Positions 1 through 33,816 of a DNA stretch of 64,000 nt are shown here, one piece after another. The position numbers and the translations under genes are program-made. The notes beneath the pieces were generated by a model. The model was given only the letters and a program-made list of their open reading frames with translations. It ran no database searches and was not told the origin of the DNA. Positions within the stretch are counted from its first letter, which is position 1. Each line of letters opens with the position of its first letter. The stretch comes from Takakia lepidozioides (taxonomy: Eukaryota > Plantae > Bryophyta). The stretch spans positions 8,060,001-8,124,000 of the forward strand of contig CM060733.1 in assembly GCA_030704615.1 (NCBI GenBank), written 5' to 3'.

Positions 1-640
1 GAGGCTTCTGGTCTACGAGTTCATGCCTAACGGCACGCTTCACGACCATCTCCATGGAGGGCTCGCGCAACTCAGTTGGGCTTTGCGATACAAGATCGCA
101 GTGCAATCTGCTCGGGGAATAGAATACCTACACAAGGACGCATGCCCGCGAGTAGTACACAAAGATATCAAGTCCTCTAATATTCTGCTGGACGGTGATT
201 GGAATGCTCGGGTGGCAGACTTCGGGTTGTCTCTCTCAGCTGGGGTGCCTTCAGGGGACGCCAAGGATGAGCGCATGTCACCAGTCCAGCAGTCTGCGGT
301 AGGCTACACTGATCCTGATTACTTCAAGTCCCAAAGCTTCACTGACAAGAGTGATGTTTACAGCTTTGGAGTAGTACTGCTAGAAATCTTGTGCGGGAGG
401 AAGGCATTTGACACGGACTACAGCATTCCCAGCATTGTTGCCTGGGCCGCCCCTTATGTTCAACAAGGGAAAGCAGCATCTATTCTTGATTCAAGCTTAG
501 AGCTACCAAAGAGTGTGGACCCTTTGTTGAGAGTGGCAGAGATTGCAGAGTTGTGTGTCCGACAGGCACCTGATGAAAGGCCTGGCATTTCGGACGTCGC
601 AGCATGGCTTGAGCTCGTGGGGCGGGGCCATGCCTTGTAG
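1..640 (+). CDS. Receptor-like Ser/Thr kinase, CRINKLY4-related (CCR1/CCR2-like); C-terminal kinase part, 5' end outside the window
   Basis: Frame is open from the window edge: RLLVYEFMPNGTLHDHLHG, HKDIKSSNILLD, DFG, KSDVYSFGVVLLE, and a C-terminus (LELPKSVDPLLRVAEIAELCVR...WLE) recalled as typical of CCR1/CCR2; stop at 638-640. Confidence 0.85.
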   Translation, partial: RLLVYEFMPNGTLHDHLHGGLAQLSWALRYKIAVQSARGIEYLHKDACPRVVHKDIKSSNILLDGDWNARVADFGLSLSAGVPSGDAKDERMSPVQQSAVGYTDPDYFKSQSFTDKSDVYSFGVVLLEILCGRKAFDTDYSIPSIVAWAAPYVQQGKAASILDSSLELPKSVDPLLRVAEIAELCVRQAPDERPGISDVAAWLELVGRGHAL

Positions 641-2195
641 CATAGTCCTATCTGAGGAGAGGTGAGTATTCCTACTTAGATTTTGCCCCCTGTTTTCATA
701 GGGCTGGCTGGTTACTCCAGGGCTCAAATAGAAAAGTGTACAATAGTTGTTTTCCATCACATGGGGGCAGAGAGAGCAACAGGGTGAGGGAGAGGCTAGG
801 CTTTCCCTGCAGCCATACCTGTGGGTTTCAACACCTCGTGTACTGGCAGTCAGCAAGGATTAGTGATTTTAGTAATTGATCAGAGGCAGCAGCATAGTGC
901 TTGACAGGATCACTGATCAGTAATAGCGGTAGTAGATCATATTGATCAAAGAGAAAGAACCAGCTATCCGGACCAAAAGCCAAGAGGGGCCATTCTAGGA
1001 GTGTACAATGAATTTCTATACTATCAGAGGCAGAGAAGGATTTATTAATATCATGACAGCTCTCTGACTATTTTTTCCACCCTCTGTGTTTCTAGGCTCT
1101 CTTCCAAGATCACTTAAACATGCAGGGACACTCAAATCTGCAAACCTTTTTCTCCAGATATGCAGGTAGGTTGCTTTGGGTTGTTGTATTCATCAGAGAA
1201 CGACAAAAAGCATGAAAGAAAAAAATATTTTTGTCCCTAGGAAGCGCAAATGGCCCAAGGAAAGACAGGACACATTCTTGACCTCTTTGACAGTCCGGTA
1301 ATGATAGGATGAAAGAAACTTGCCCTTCTCACTGCAAGCTCTCACTGGCGTGGCTTCATTCTGGACCTGATCAGGAAGTCTATCAGCCCATCCAAGTACT
1401 CAGTGGATTTCTAAGGACTGGATCCCATCGGATCCCTCACTTGCCGTCTCACACCTCAGAGAAGGAGAGAGGAGTGGGGCCAATGAAAGGAGGAATTAGA
1501 AGTGAGGCTACCTTACCAGCACCACTGCTTGAAGCTCGCATAAGATGCTTCTGTTGTGTCCCCAGCGCATGTAACTACTATCTCTCGGCCTGGACTATGT
1601 TTCCTCTGCGTTCTATTGCTACTGCAGACCACCAGCAGCCTCCAACCTTTTGCTCTTAAAATCAAAAAACAACTTGCCAAACTCTTGACCTCACTGATTT
1701 GGACCCTACCATAAACCCTATTAGACCATCCAAATACTCGTCCGACTCTTAAGATTAATGATTTTAACTATGCCATCAGTGGGTTGCTGTTTGATCACCT
1801 TCACAATCGAGAATAGGTTTGTTACAACTTGAAACAGCTACTTCAACCAGGCTGCTGCTGGCAGAAACACTCTTCATCCTCATTCCAGGTGTGCGGGTGT
1901 CCTACTCCCCCAAGTTCAAATCCCCTATTGCAACTTGACATGGGGCCTACTCTTGTGGTTCATCAACTAAAGACAGTCTAAAGACAGTCAATTAGCTAGT
2001 GTGTCCAGCACGGCCACCTATAGTCAACTACACCAGCTGATTTCTTTAGTTTCCATGGCAAGTTACCTATGCACTAGCCAAGAATCCAGCACAGCAAACC
2101 AACCAAAATTAACCTAGCAAGTCCTTGCCGTGACAATCATTCAATGGGAATGAATTTCCCATCTCCTGGTGTAACCGCACATTTCAAGCCTAATC

Positions 2196-5100
2196 TCAGC
2201 TTGAAAATCCACTCCCTGATTGCTTGTTCTCTGGTTCAGTTTCCAAGGTCTCTGGGGTATGATGATCCCCAAGCTGTTTTCCACGTGTCCAACGCCGGAG
2301 CATCTCCAATGCATGCTTGGGCTGGTCCATGGGTACCATGTGTCCAGCATCATGTACCTACATACAACAACAGATTGTTGAAAAGACAAACCTTAGCTGC
2401 GGCGGAGTAACCAAACTATGTCACTCCTATCCCTACAACTGGTGAATGGAAGTGAACATGTTCGCTGCCTGCAGCAAGGTATTTCCATGTGCAAGCTGGT
2501 CACATCTTGCACATGCACATCTTGCCACGCTGGACTAGCCCACAGAAAAGACACCTTCTTTTGCAAGTCCAATCAAGGTCGAGGCTGCTTCGACCACCTC
2601 CAGCAGACAGTTAAGATGTTAAAACCATACCTTCAAAAAGTTCAAAGGACCATAGCCAGTGACGTGGCCTGCTTCCTTGCCATCAACTTCAAAGGTTTTC
2701 CAGGGTGCCTTGGCATATTCTATCTGCCCAGACCAATCCATGGCTGTCACCCATCTTGAGTTACCTGTTTGGGAATAATACAAAACACGAAGTGTAAAAT
2801 CAGCCAACTTGTGCCAGCATTCAACTTTCCGTGATGGGCATGAGAGCAACTTATGACTGCAAGCCAGGCCTCCAATGCTAGAACACCAGTTCATAAAAAA
2901 AGGGATATTAGACTTTGCTCATTAGACTTTCTTTGTAATGAATTGTGGGCCATAGATCCTGCACTCCAGCAGAATGTCCTCAGAGTTGCTACAACCAGAG
3001 ACAAAGACACAGTCACAGACAGACAAAGAAAGGAAGGTAGATAGAGCATCACTATCATTTCGCCACAAGATGAAGAACATGTACAACCCAAGTTAGTAAC
3101 ACAAAGGTGATAAATGTGATCAGTTGAATCCCTTATCAAACTTACCCAGCCAATTGCAGATGAGATCGTACTCCCCAGCATAAATTAGGACCTCAATGCC
3201 ATCCTCCAATAGTGCGGGAATTCCCTTCTCCAAATTCTTCATCCAGTCAACAAGCATGGCTTCATACACTAGTGGGCTGCATGACACAAACTTGCGGTCC
3301 CCCACCCCCAAGGCATCCCGGACTGATACGTTGTTAAGGTAGGTCTCCATATTTGAGAAGTCGTAGCACAGACCACCCATGCTGCAATCCTTCCTTATGT
3401 CGTAGTACTGAGAAAGGGATACCCCAAGTCCTCCCATTAGAATGTACTGATAAGACGTTGTTTGCTGTTGAGTACTCACATTAGATTGTACTCATAAGAC
3501 GTTGTTTGCCGTAGCCTTGTGGCCATTGACCCCGCGCCCAGTTTGAGCGGGAACAAAAGGGACAGAACCTACCTCTGTCAGGGGCTGACGTTGGTAGTGT
3601 GACTTACCATCATATATAGAATTAATCCGGGTACTCACATTAGAGACAGACCTCAACCAGTAGAGTGAGCTGGCAATTAGAAGTAAACCAGCACCAGATT
3701 ATCACAGCAGAAGCCTGGCTATTTCCAATTTATAAAAATAATAACACAAGAATACCATTCGTGCATGGTAATTGGCTTTCCAACAAAATAGAAACTTAAA
3801 GGGTGATGTTTAGCAAATTATTTCGTACAAGGCTGAATACGTACGTTGATGTTGCCAGCAATTGTCAAAATAGCATTGAAAATGCTTTCGCAAATTAAGT
3901 ATGCAGCGACACACGTGATGGTTCCCTTGTTTCCTGCACGAAACAGAAAAAGCACAACCTAACATATCAGCAGCCCACACACATTTGCAAATCAACGTTC
4001 TGATAACTACCAAGCAAAATTTTATTTGCACGTCTTAATCTAACTCTCCACGAAAAACCACAATCTTCTCACTTTAAGGACAATCCATAGTCTGAGCTAA
4101 ACATGTAGACTGTACTAAAGGCACTTATGTTGAGACAGAAATAAGAATAACAGGCCAGCAAATAGACAAATGTGCAAGCCATCTTTCTCCTTCTGGAAAG
4201 TAACTCTGTAAATGCAGCAAACTTACCATTTCACAAACTCTTTTTCTTGAAATGTACGTAGGGAAGAAGCTCACCACACAACTTGATCGACGTGGAACAG
4301 GCAGGAAACAGCTTGCCGATCCTTTTGTGATCAGAATCATCAATGAGGCCCATTTCAAGAGCATAATCCGCATAGGCTTCATACTGAATGTCTGGATCTG
4401 TGAGACCATTTCCAATAGCAAAGCCCTACCAAGCACACATTTAAATGGTGAGTCCAATGGTTCAGAAGCTCTGGTATCCTGTTCTGGTCAAAGAGTCCAT
4501 ATGCTCAAGTGGTCAATGCTGGGGTGTCAGATCCTCATGAAAAGAATCAGAAGGATCTTGATGTCTGACCACTACAAAAACCACATGAATGACATGGGGA
4601 CATATGCTCAAGTGGTCAATGCTGGGATGTGAGTTCCTCATGAAAAGAATCAGAAGGATCTTGATATCTGACCAACAAAAACCACATGAGTAATCTTCAC
4701 CTTCAAATTGATGGGAACCCCTTCTTTCTTTTTGTTGGCCTCGTGGAGACGTTCAGTGACAGCTGGCACGTAGTGGCCTGCGTAGGATTCTCCCGTCACA
4801 AAAAAATTATTTTTAGCATATTCGGGATGAGCTTTGAAGAATGCCTGTCATACAGCGGCACAAACATGATTAGGATTGATTGGCAGTTGGAAGAACCAAC
4901 CAGAAAGGTAGATCCCTGAGAGGCAAGTAACTGCAAAGAGCATTGACTTCATTGTAACATTCGACATGAGCTACAAGTCAACTAAAAGAAAGTCAATCTA
5001 GAATCTTGCATCATTAGTCTATTATAAGGCCTTCAGCCTCGTATTTCCTTCTCACCAACACTCATACACATGGCCATTTACAGGGTGCCAAGACAGCCAC

Positions 5101-5853
5101 CTGAAAGAAATCGTACATGTCTTCACTCACTCCTTTCTCGTCGTGGCGGATATCTCGCACATCAGTGCTGTAACTGAAGCCAGTCCCTACTGGTTGATCA
5201 ACAAAGATGATGCTTGATACCTGTTTAAGTAGAAGGCTTCACCAAAATCAGGTATTCCAACAATATATGAAACTATCAATAAGAGTGTGCCACAGCTACT
5301 TGATGAACCTCTGGGTGCAGGAAATGATGTGATTATTTGTGGTTCAATAGATTCTGGAACAATTGTTAACTCAATATTTGAACCAAGAGTTTCATTGACA
5401 AATAGAAGTGAACGATAGTGGCATAATGGAGTCCCTTCAGAGGCACTTACTTCACCTCATTAAAACTTTGCATAGACAGAGCTGCTGGCACATAAATGGT
5501 GGCAATGCCACAAAGCTCTTAGATGCACAGAACAGACTGTGTCTGCAACTAAGTTACAAACTTAATGAGAACTTCTTAAGCACATTGAGCAGTGCATCAC
5601 TTCAATTGTAGGGGGAAGCTATACCTTGTCCCAACCATAGTCATTCCACACCAAAGTTAGATTGTCTGTGATATGGAAGGGCCCATTCTCGTAGAACAAC
5701 GCAAGCTCACTGGCACACCCTGGGCCACCAGTCATCCAAAGCACCAATGGATCTTCTGTTTTGTTGCTTCGTGACTCAAAGAAGAAGTAGAACATCCTGC
5801 ACCAAATCACCATCACATGTGCTTATGTGCAAAATTTTGCACAGAACAGTGTC

Positions 5854-5908
<55 letters not shown>

Positions 5909-6544
5909 CCATGCCAGTGCTTCATCGATAGCATACCACCTAATATGTCCAAAACTACAGACGTAGATGAACACAAATCCCCTGTCGTAAGGCTGTCGTC
6001 AGCTATGTACTGATACTCAGGCTATTTTAATCTGAACTTTACAGGTCTATAACAATTTTCAAGACGATAATCACATTCAGAAGACTCGAAAGAGTGACAG
6101 CGAACGCAAGGCTCACATAGCCTGTTTCGGGCCAAATGCAAGTCTACGGAATCAAGACCTTCTAAACCCGCAAGAAAATGAGACATAGAGATCAAATTAC
6201 TTCGCAGCATGAGTGCGTTCTAGGGCAAAATATCCTGCATATTGGCCAAGCTCCTCTGTGCTTACAGCCGCTCCCGAATCTCCTTTGATGTCCAAATTGA
6301 TCCGTTTCTCTTGAAGCTGTGGTCCATCGTCTGAAGCCGCTCGTTCCTCCGCAGCTCCAGGTAACAAATTGAGAGCTTTGATTAAACGCTCCGCCTGTCC
6401 CTGGGGAAATCGTGCACTATTTCCGTGGCTAAAATGTGACTCTTTGACACCAGGAACCCTAGAAATGCGCGTTGCAGTAACACAGACTGACAGATGGAGA
6501 AGAAAAACCACGCAGACAACCTTGAACCTGCTCAATCCCGCCAT
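2196..6544 (-). CDS. Serine carboxypeptidase-like protein (peptidase S10, SCPL48/49 / CPY-like), 9 exons, 525 aa
   Basis: GT-AG exons 6201-6544, 5625-5796, 5101-5220, 4701-4844, 4275-4425, 3845-3933, 3146-3407, 2631-2764, 2196-2357 sum to 1578 nt (in frame). Signal peptide, WMTGGPGCASE, GESYAG (catalytic Ser), AGEYDLICN (Asp), VHDAGHMVPMDQP (His). Confidence 0.95.
3486..3630 (-). mobile_element. Short non-LTR retroelement 3' end (family B) with 14-bp TSD, in an SCPL intron
   Basis: GTACTCACATTAGA at 3472-3485 and 3631-3644. Body is homologous to 17401-17521 and 27400-27469; ends ...ATGAGTACA. A shorter, older copy lies adjacent at ~3442-3470. Confidence 0.8.
4498..4690. repeat. Intronic tandem duplication, ~2 x 100 bp
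   Basis: CATATGCTCAAGTGGTCAATGCTGGG...ATGAAAAGAATCAGAAGGATCTTGAT...AAAAACCACATGA at ~4498 and ~4601. Confidence 0.9.
5860..5906. repeat. (CT)n microsatellite in SCPL intron 1
   Basis: About 23 consecutive CT units. Confidence 0.95.
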
Positions 6545-7194
6545 ATCTGAATCCCCCTCTCTTCCCTCTCCCTTATCTCTTCTGCTTACCCCAATGTCTA
6601 CGCGTCCATCATCACACCTGCATCTTTCTTCCCGTCATTCCCCTCTTACAACCAAATTCCCCCCTCACACACACTCTACCTCCTCCTTCCTCTTCAAGAA
6701 GGCGGATCTCTTTGTATTGTAGGTCTGTCTCTTGTCCCGTCTCTAAAGCTGAATACACGCCACAAACATCAGGAATCGGCACAACACGTCCTTTGTAGGA
6801 TGCCTTCCAACGCAAGATCAAGGTGGCTGGCCATGCAATCCGGCTAGGCCTACGCAAAAGCCAAGCAAGGAGCACCCCGCTGCTGCTGTACACGTATCCC
6901 ACGCTTGCATTCATTTACGCTAATTCTAATCTCGCAAGCTAGCATATATTTTCCTAGCTGTTCCATATTTTTGCTTTTTAGTGGAGGCCGGTATAGGAGG
7001 AATCCCGACCTCACAAAGGGGTAACTCAACTTTACTTTGAGGCAAAAATTTAATAATGTAAATTGGAACCTGAACCATCTTCACCCTTGTTCTGGGGAAT
7101 TTTGAAGGTGAAAATAGTTACAATGGGAGCGACCAATAGGGAGGTAATGCGGGAGAGCAATGGGAGGAAAACTTAGCAAGGACGAGGACGGTCT

Positions 7195-7510
7195 CGCTAT
7201 GCTGTGAAGCATGCGCGCAGGAAGCAGATCAGTCCTCAAGGATTTTCCACGTGAGCTGCATGCCCTGCGTGTTGCACTTCCACCAGCCTTGCGGGACCCC
7301 CATTCTCCACCACGCTACTAGCAAGCTTCTCTTGGGCCTCCAGAAGCAATGCATCTTCCTGTTGCAATCGGTTCAGTTGTTCTGCCAAAAATGCAACAAA
7401 CCCAGGGTCATGTGCTACATTCTCCAGGCTTGGTACCACCCTTGTGAATTCTGGGAGGGCCTGACGGAGGAATGCGGGTATCTGGAATTCCCGTGTCTCC
7501 CACTTGGCAG
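7195..7510 (-). pseudogene. Duplicated, decayed fragment of the PHYLLO terminal (MenH) exon
   Basis: Aligns with ~9940-10275 (VPSLENVAHDPGFVAFLAEQLNRLQQ...HAGHA.HVENP). TGG>TGA stop at 7236-7238 and a ~21-nt deletion relative to the parent exon. Confidence 0.9.
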
Positions 7511-7790
7511 ACTTAGGTCACTGTAGCACTGGATTGTGTAGATGAGAGGCACGCGTAAGTGTAGGCTTCCTGACTGTACATAGTCTTGAGGGATGTCCAC
7601 TCACCCCATTTGGATGATGATCACAGCATGTATTAGTTTAGCTCTCGCATATCGATGGCTTCGAATTGCAATTTGAGCTTCAGTCCAGCTGGTCCGCTCC
7701 ACAAGTGTACGACCCAAGAGCAGGGATTGTTATCACAGGTAACCTAGTCACAGAGGTAGAAGTTTAGGTAAGCCCGAAACAGAGAGACAC

Positions 7791-9311
7791 ATGTGGCGAT
7801 GGAGGGGGCGGGCAGCTTGGATGCGGAGACTACACAATGGCCCTGACACTTTGGAGGGCTTGCTGGAGCGGCATGTAGCAGGACGGCATGGACCCCGAAC
7901 CCCCGGTGTAACCAGCACCAGACGAGAGGCCTTGTCCCTGTACCGTGATATATGGCGAGCATCTCGTCTCTTTATCTGGACAAATCAACAAGGAGTGCCC
8001 TGGTAATGCACCTCTACCTTCTCTTTGGTCGTTCAGGTCGGTTGGCAATTTAGCTGCCAATGGTTGTGCGAGTTTTGAGATTCTATCAACTTTTTACCAG
8101 AGCCACACCTCTTTCTTTTTTATGGCAGTAAAGTGTCCTCAGGGAGAGATATTGCAGTCTGATTTGGTTTAGACAGCTGATAGGTATTTGAGTGCGTGTT
8201 TTCAGATCTCCCTGGAGTAGTCATACAGCAGTACTGTCGCATGCATTCATTCACTGGGTTTGGTTGTGATCTTGCTGTAGAAACCCCGTGTTATTTCCCC
8301 CGTGAAGTCCTATCGTCTCTGAATGTCATATTCAAATTTTACGTAAGCTAGTTTAAGTCTCAATCTTACAAGTGGGTATCTGCATGATCACCGTGGGAGT
8401 TCCTTAGTAAGATTGTAATTTACCTTGGTAGGAGAAATATCTTCCAGGAGTATTGGCCAGCATATTCTACTACTTCAAGTACGCGCTTTTGGTCTTTTCT
8501 CATTTTTGCAGCAGTTTGTTTGGCATTTTTGGGTGTCCAAGAGCATACATACTGGAACAAGCCATTACAAGAGTGATTGGATCTTGTGCGGTTGATTCAA
8601 CTTTGATAAAGTGCTCAGTAATCCATCATTGTGTTGCAGCAGTACGTTGATCTGAGCTACGGAAGTAAGAGTGATAGTGGTTGGGAGGGTGGCTTCTGAA
8701 AGGTGGAATGTTATGGACATTTCTTTTCACAGGAAGGAATTGCTACGGGAGAGTGCACGCCGTGAATTTGAGCAGGCCCGTTACGAGACTGACCCTGAAA
8801 TTGTGAGCCAAACTCATCTCTATGCAGCTTGGGAAAGTTGTGCTGATTTTGAATTACCTGAAGCAGAGATACCAATATGATTGCACTTTCCTACCTGTGG
8901 ATTGTTTGTTTAATCCATCTGCCTTTTTCAAGATTTGTTGAATGATACGAAAGCAACTTAGAGGCCTTTTGCTTCATCCATGTGCCTTCGGCAACAATAT
9001 GGTCTGTAATACAAAGGTGAATTAGGACTGAGTTTCAAAACATGGGCAATCAATTTTTGTCATCCTTCTCACCAAGGAAGGGATCTGATGGGGTTGTAGA
9101 TTACAAGATTACTGGTGGTGGGAAAGGATGCTGTGGAGACTGCTCTTGACAAGGTGCTATGATGGGCTTTAAACCCATTAATTGAAGGTTGTTGAATTGT
9201 TATCTATTGACCAATATGTAGAAATTAAAACTTGCAGCAAAGAGACGGAGCAAGTCTTCCACCAAACAGAAGGATACACTTAACCGAAGACAAGTAAAAG
9301 CGCCATATTGA
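7791..9311 (+). CDS. LYR-motif (Complex1_LYR) protein, probably mitochondrial, 4 exons
   Basis: Exons 7791-8002, 8733-8802, 9100-9153, ~9222-9311 (last acceptor uncertain): TSTRREALSLYRDIWRASRLFIW...VPW|KELLRESARREFEQARYETDPEI|ITRLLVVGKDAV. Confidence 0.88.
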
Positions 9312-9885
9312 CAGAAGCCTTTCATAGGAGATCTTATTTGAATTGCATGATTCTCTTTATGTACTGAGTTTTGTCTGCCACTTCTTCCTCTCTAATCCTG
9401 GAAAGGATCTTGACAATCACTACCTATTACTAATCACTGCTGAGGTTTTTGTCATTTGAACACTTAGGTCTAGCTGGCAATTTATATTGAGATTAAGAAA
9501 AGTATGTGGGTGCTGTATGCTTGGATCAGGTTGTGTCGAAGCGAGAGGAGCTACTCACTAAGGGTCCAGATAGTCACATCAGGAAAGGCATGTAGAGTGA
9601 TAGGTGTTACCACTGCAGTTTGTTCATGAACATTACTGTGAAGGCATACAGAATACTTGAAAGTGGCTACAAGTACTTTTCTTTCCTGAGATAACCATTT
9701 GAAGCTCTGAAAAGTCTCTTCCTCAGTTTTTTGGGACTGGATGTGGATCATTCAAGTATCAATCATGCAAGTAAAAAGTCTATCTTCAGGTACATATAAG
9801 TTTCGGTAGTGTTCTGTTTTCAAAAACTGCAAAACAGTTTTCATACATCACATACTGCATCAGTCACATGAAGAGGACCAGCCTT

Positions 9886-32000
<22,115 letters not shown>

Positions 32001-33816
32001 TGCACTACTCCTATGCAAGTCTGACCTCTGCAGAGCTCAAAACCCAAACAATGCTCACATTTGAACTTCCCCGAGTGCGCGCATGCAAGGACTCATTTCG
32101 CACCGTATACTTACCTGAAAAGCTTAGAACCCAACAGCAACTGGCCTCAAGCAATGTAGCCCAAGACAATTCAAGGGCTCTATCGTGGACACCTCTGACT
32201 GGATTCCCAAATTCAAAGTATATATTTTAGTGGGATAATGTGGAAAGCGGTAGCCAAAACCAGATCTTCGCCGTGAAAACAGCTAACTCGTCCTTCATTT
32301 TATGGCTCAGTGACTGGGAGCCATAACAGCCCAGTGACATCGTCTTCCTTGATGAAGACAATTCATCACCTCGTATTTTCCTTATCCTAGGTTTAATATT
32401 CCTTCAACCCATCTACTGCCGCCCCTCCTCTCGCATGATGGGCTAAACAGTCTTTTTCCTTCTCTGTTTTTCTTTTCCGAAAGTGCTGAACTGCTCTCTA
32501 TCCACGGAGTTTCACAGCGCCTTCTATGTGAAAATTTATTGGCTTCTTCAAAAGAGACCACACTTGGGTGCCCAAACCTGCTATGATCCTGTTGCACCTT
32601 TCCCTCAACAGCACCTATGTAGTTTTAAAGAACCACCCTACTCTATGAAAAGGCACTGTTCCATTCAAACAGTGACATTTTGCTGTTCCCATGCAGCCCA
32701 TGAACATCTAGGATATTCCAATCTGTATTGGTCCATCGAACCTCATTGGGCTTCAATTTCCGTCTATGTAAAATCCTGAAATCTAGTTGTGTGTGCACTA
32801 ACATCATGACAAAAACCAGTTGCTTGAATACTCCTCCTGTATCTACCTATATGTGTGTGGTGAGACTCACGACACCTTTTATCACCATCACTACTGCTTT
32901 TAAAAGAAGAAGAGAGCTAGTCAATAGGAAACCTTCGAGTGCATGTGAGGATGTGGGGGGCACTCTGTAAGGAAGGACGACTGAAAGAGGCGCTGCATTG
33001 TGAACCAAGTAGGCGATTGGGCACAGCACAGCACTGCCCCAAAGCTGTCACAACGACTTAACACTGTGCACGCATATAACAAACCTTTCTGATGCATGTC
33101 CCTCTATTTCAAATCCGCAGGACACCTGAGGGTGTTAACTCATTCAGCTTCAGAACATTTATCTTTACAGAAATTGAGGACAGAAACCAGAGGGTTCCAA
33201 CAGAGACAGATGTTGGCGTGTGGGGAGAGTGGCTGCTCTGCTGGCTCTTATGTGGATGGTCTCAGACCCTTGCGTGGGCCTTGGCGGAAGGCAACCTGTG
33301 GCCTCTGCCGATCCTGTCCCTGCTTCACAATTTGTTTCCAAAATCTGATACCAACTGAGGATGAACTCAGGTCAGTGGTTTGTTTGATAATTCCAACAGG
33401 GAAAAATCCCATCAGCCCTGACTTCCCTTAATATTCCAGAACTGACTATTGCAAACTAGGGCATGTTGCTTTTTTGTCCCCTCCTCTTAAGACTTGCAAA
33501 GAGTCTGTAATGATTGCTTGAAGATCAATAAAACTGACTTCTTCTTAGTTTTGAAAGTTTCTCTCAAGAGCTGTGGCAGTCAGTGTGTTTTTGGTTGTAC
33601 AACTTCCTGTTGCTTTGAAATTTGAGCCGAGTTCGCACTGCCCCACTTGAATCTGCTTCTTGCTTTATCTTCTCTTGTACGCTGCTTTAGCTGAGGGAGG
33701 CGCTATATTTAGCTGTGACTAACCACCTAGGGTTCCGCCATCTTTTCCCCTCTGCTGCATGACTCTGCCTCATCCCTCTAGCGTATCCGCTATCTTAGCC
33801 CGTTCTAAATTTGGCT

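Noticed and set aside
7000-7110. snRNA-like gene (USE-like ATCCC..., Sm-like AATTTTGA)
   Set aside because: Matches are weak and there is no recognisable U snRNA body.
33344-33353. TGGTATCAGA (- strand), tRNA-Met primer-binding site
   Set aside because: Only a 10-mer, with no recognisable LTR pair, gag/pol remnant or PPT nearby.
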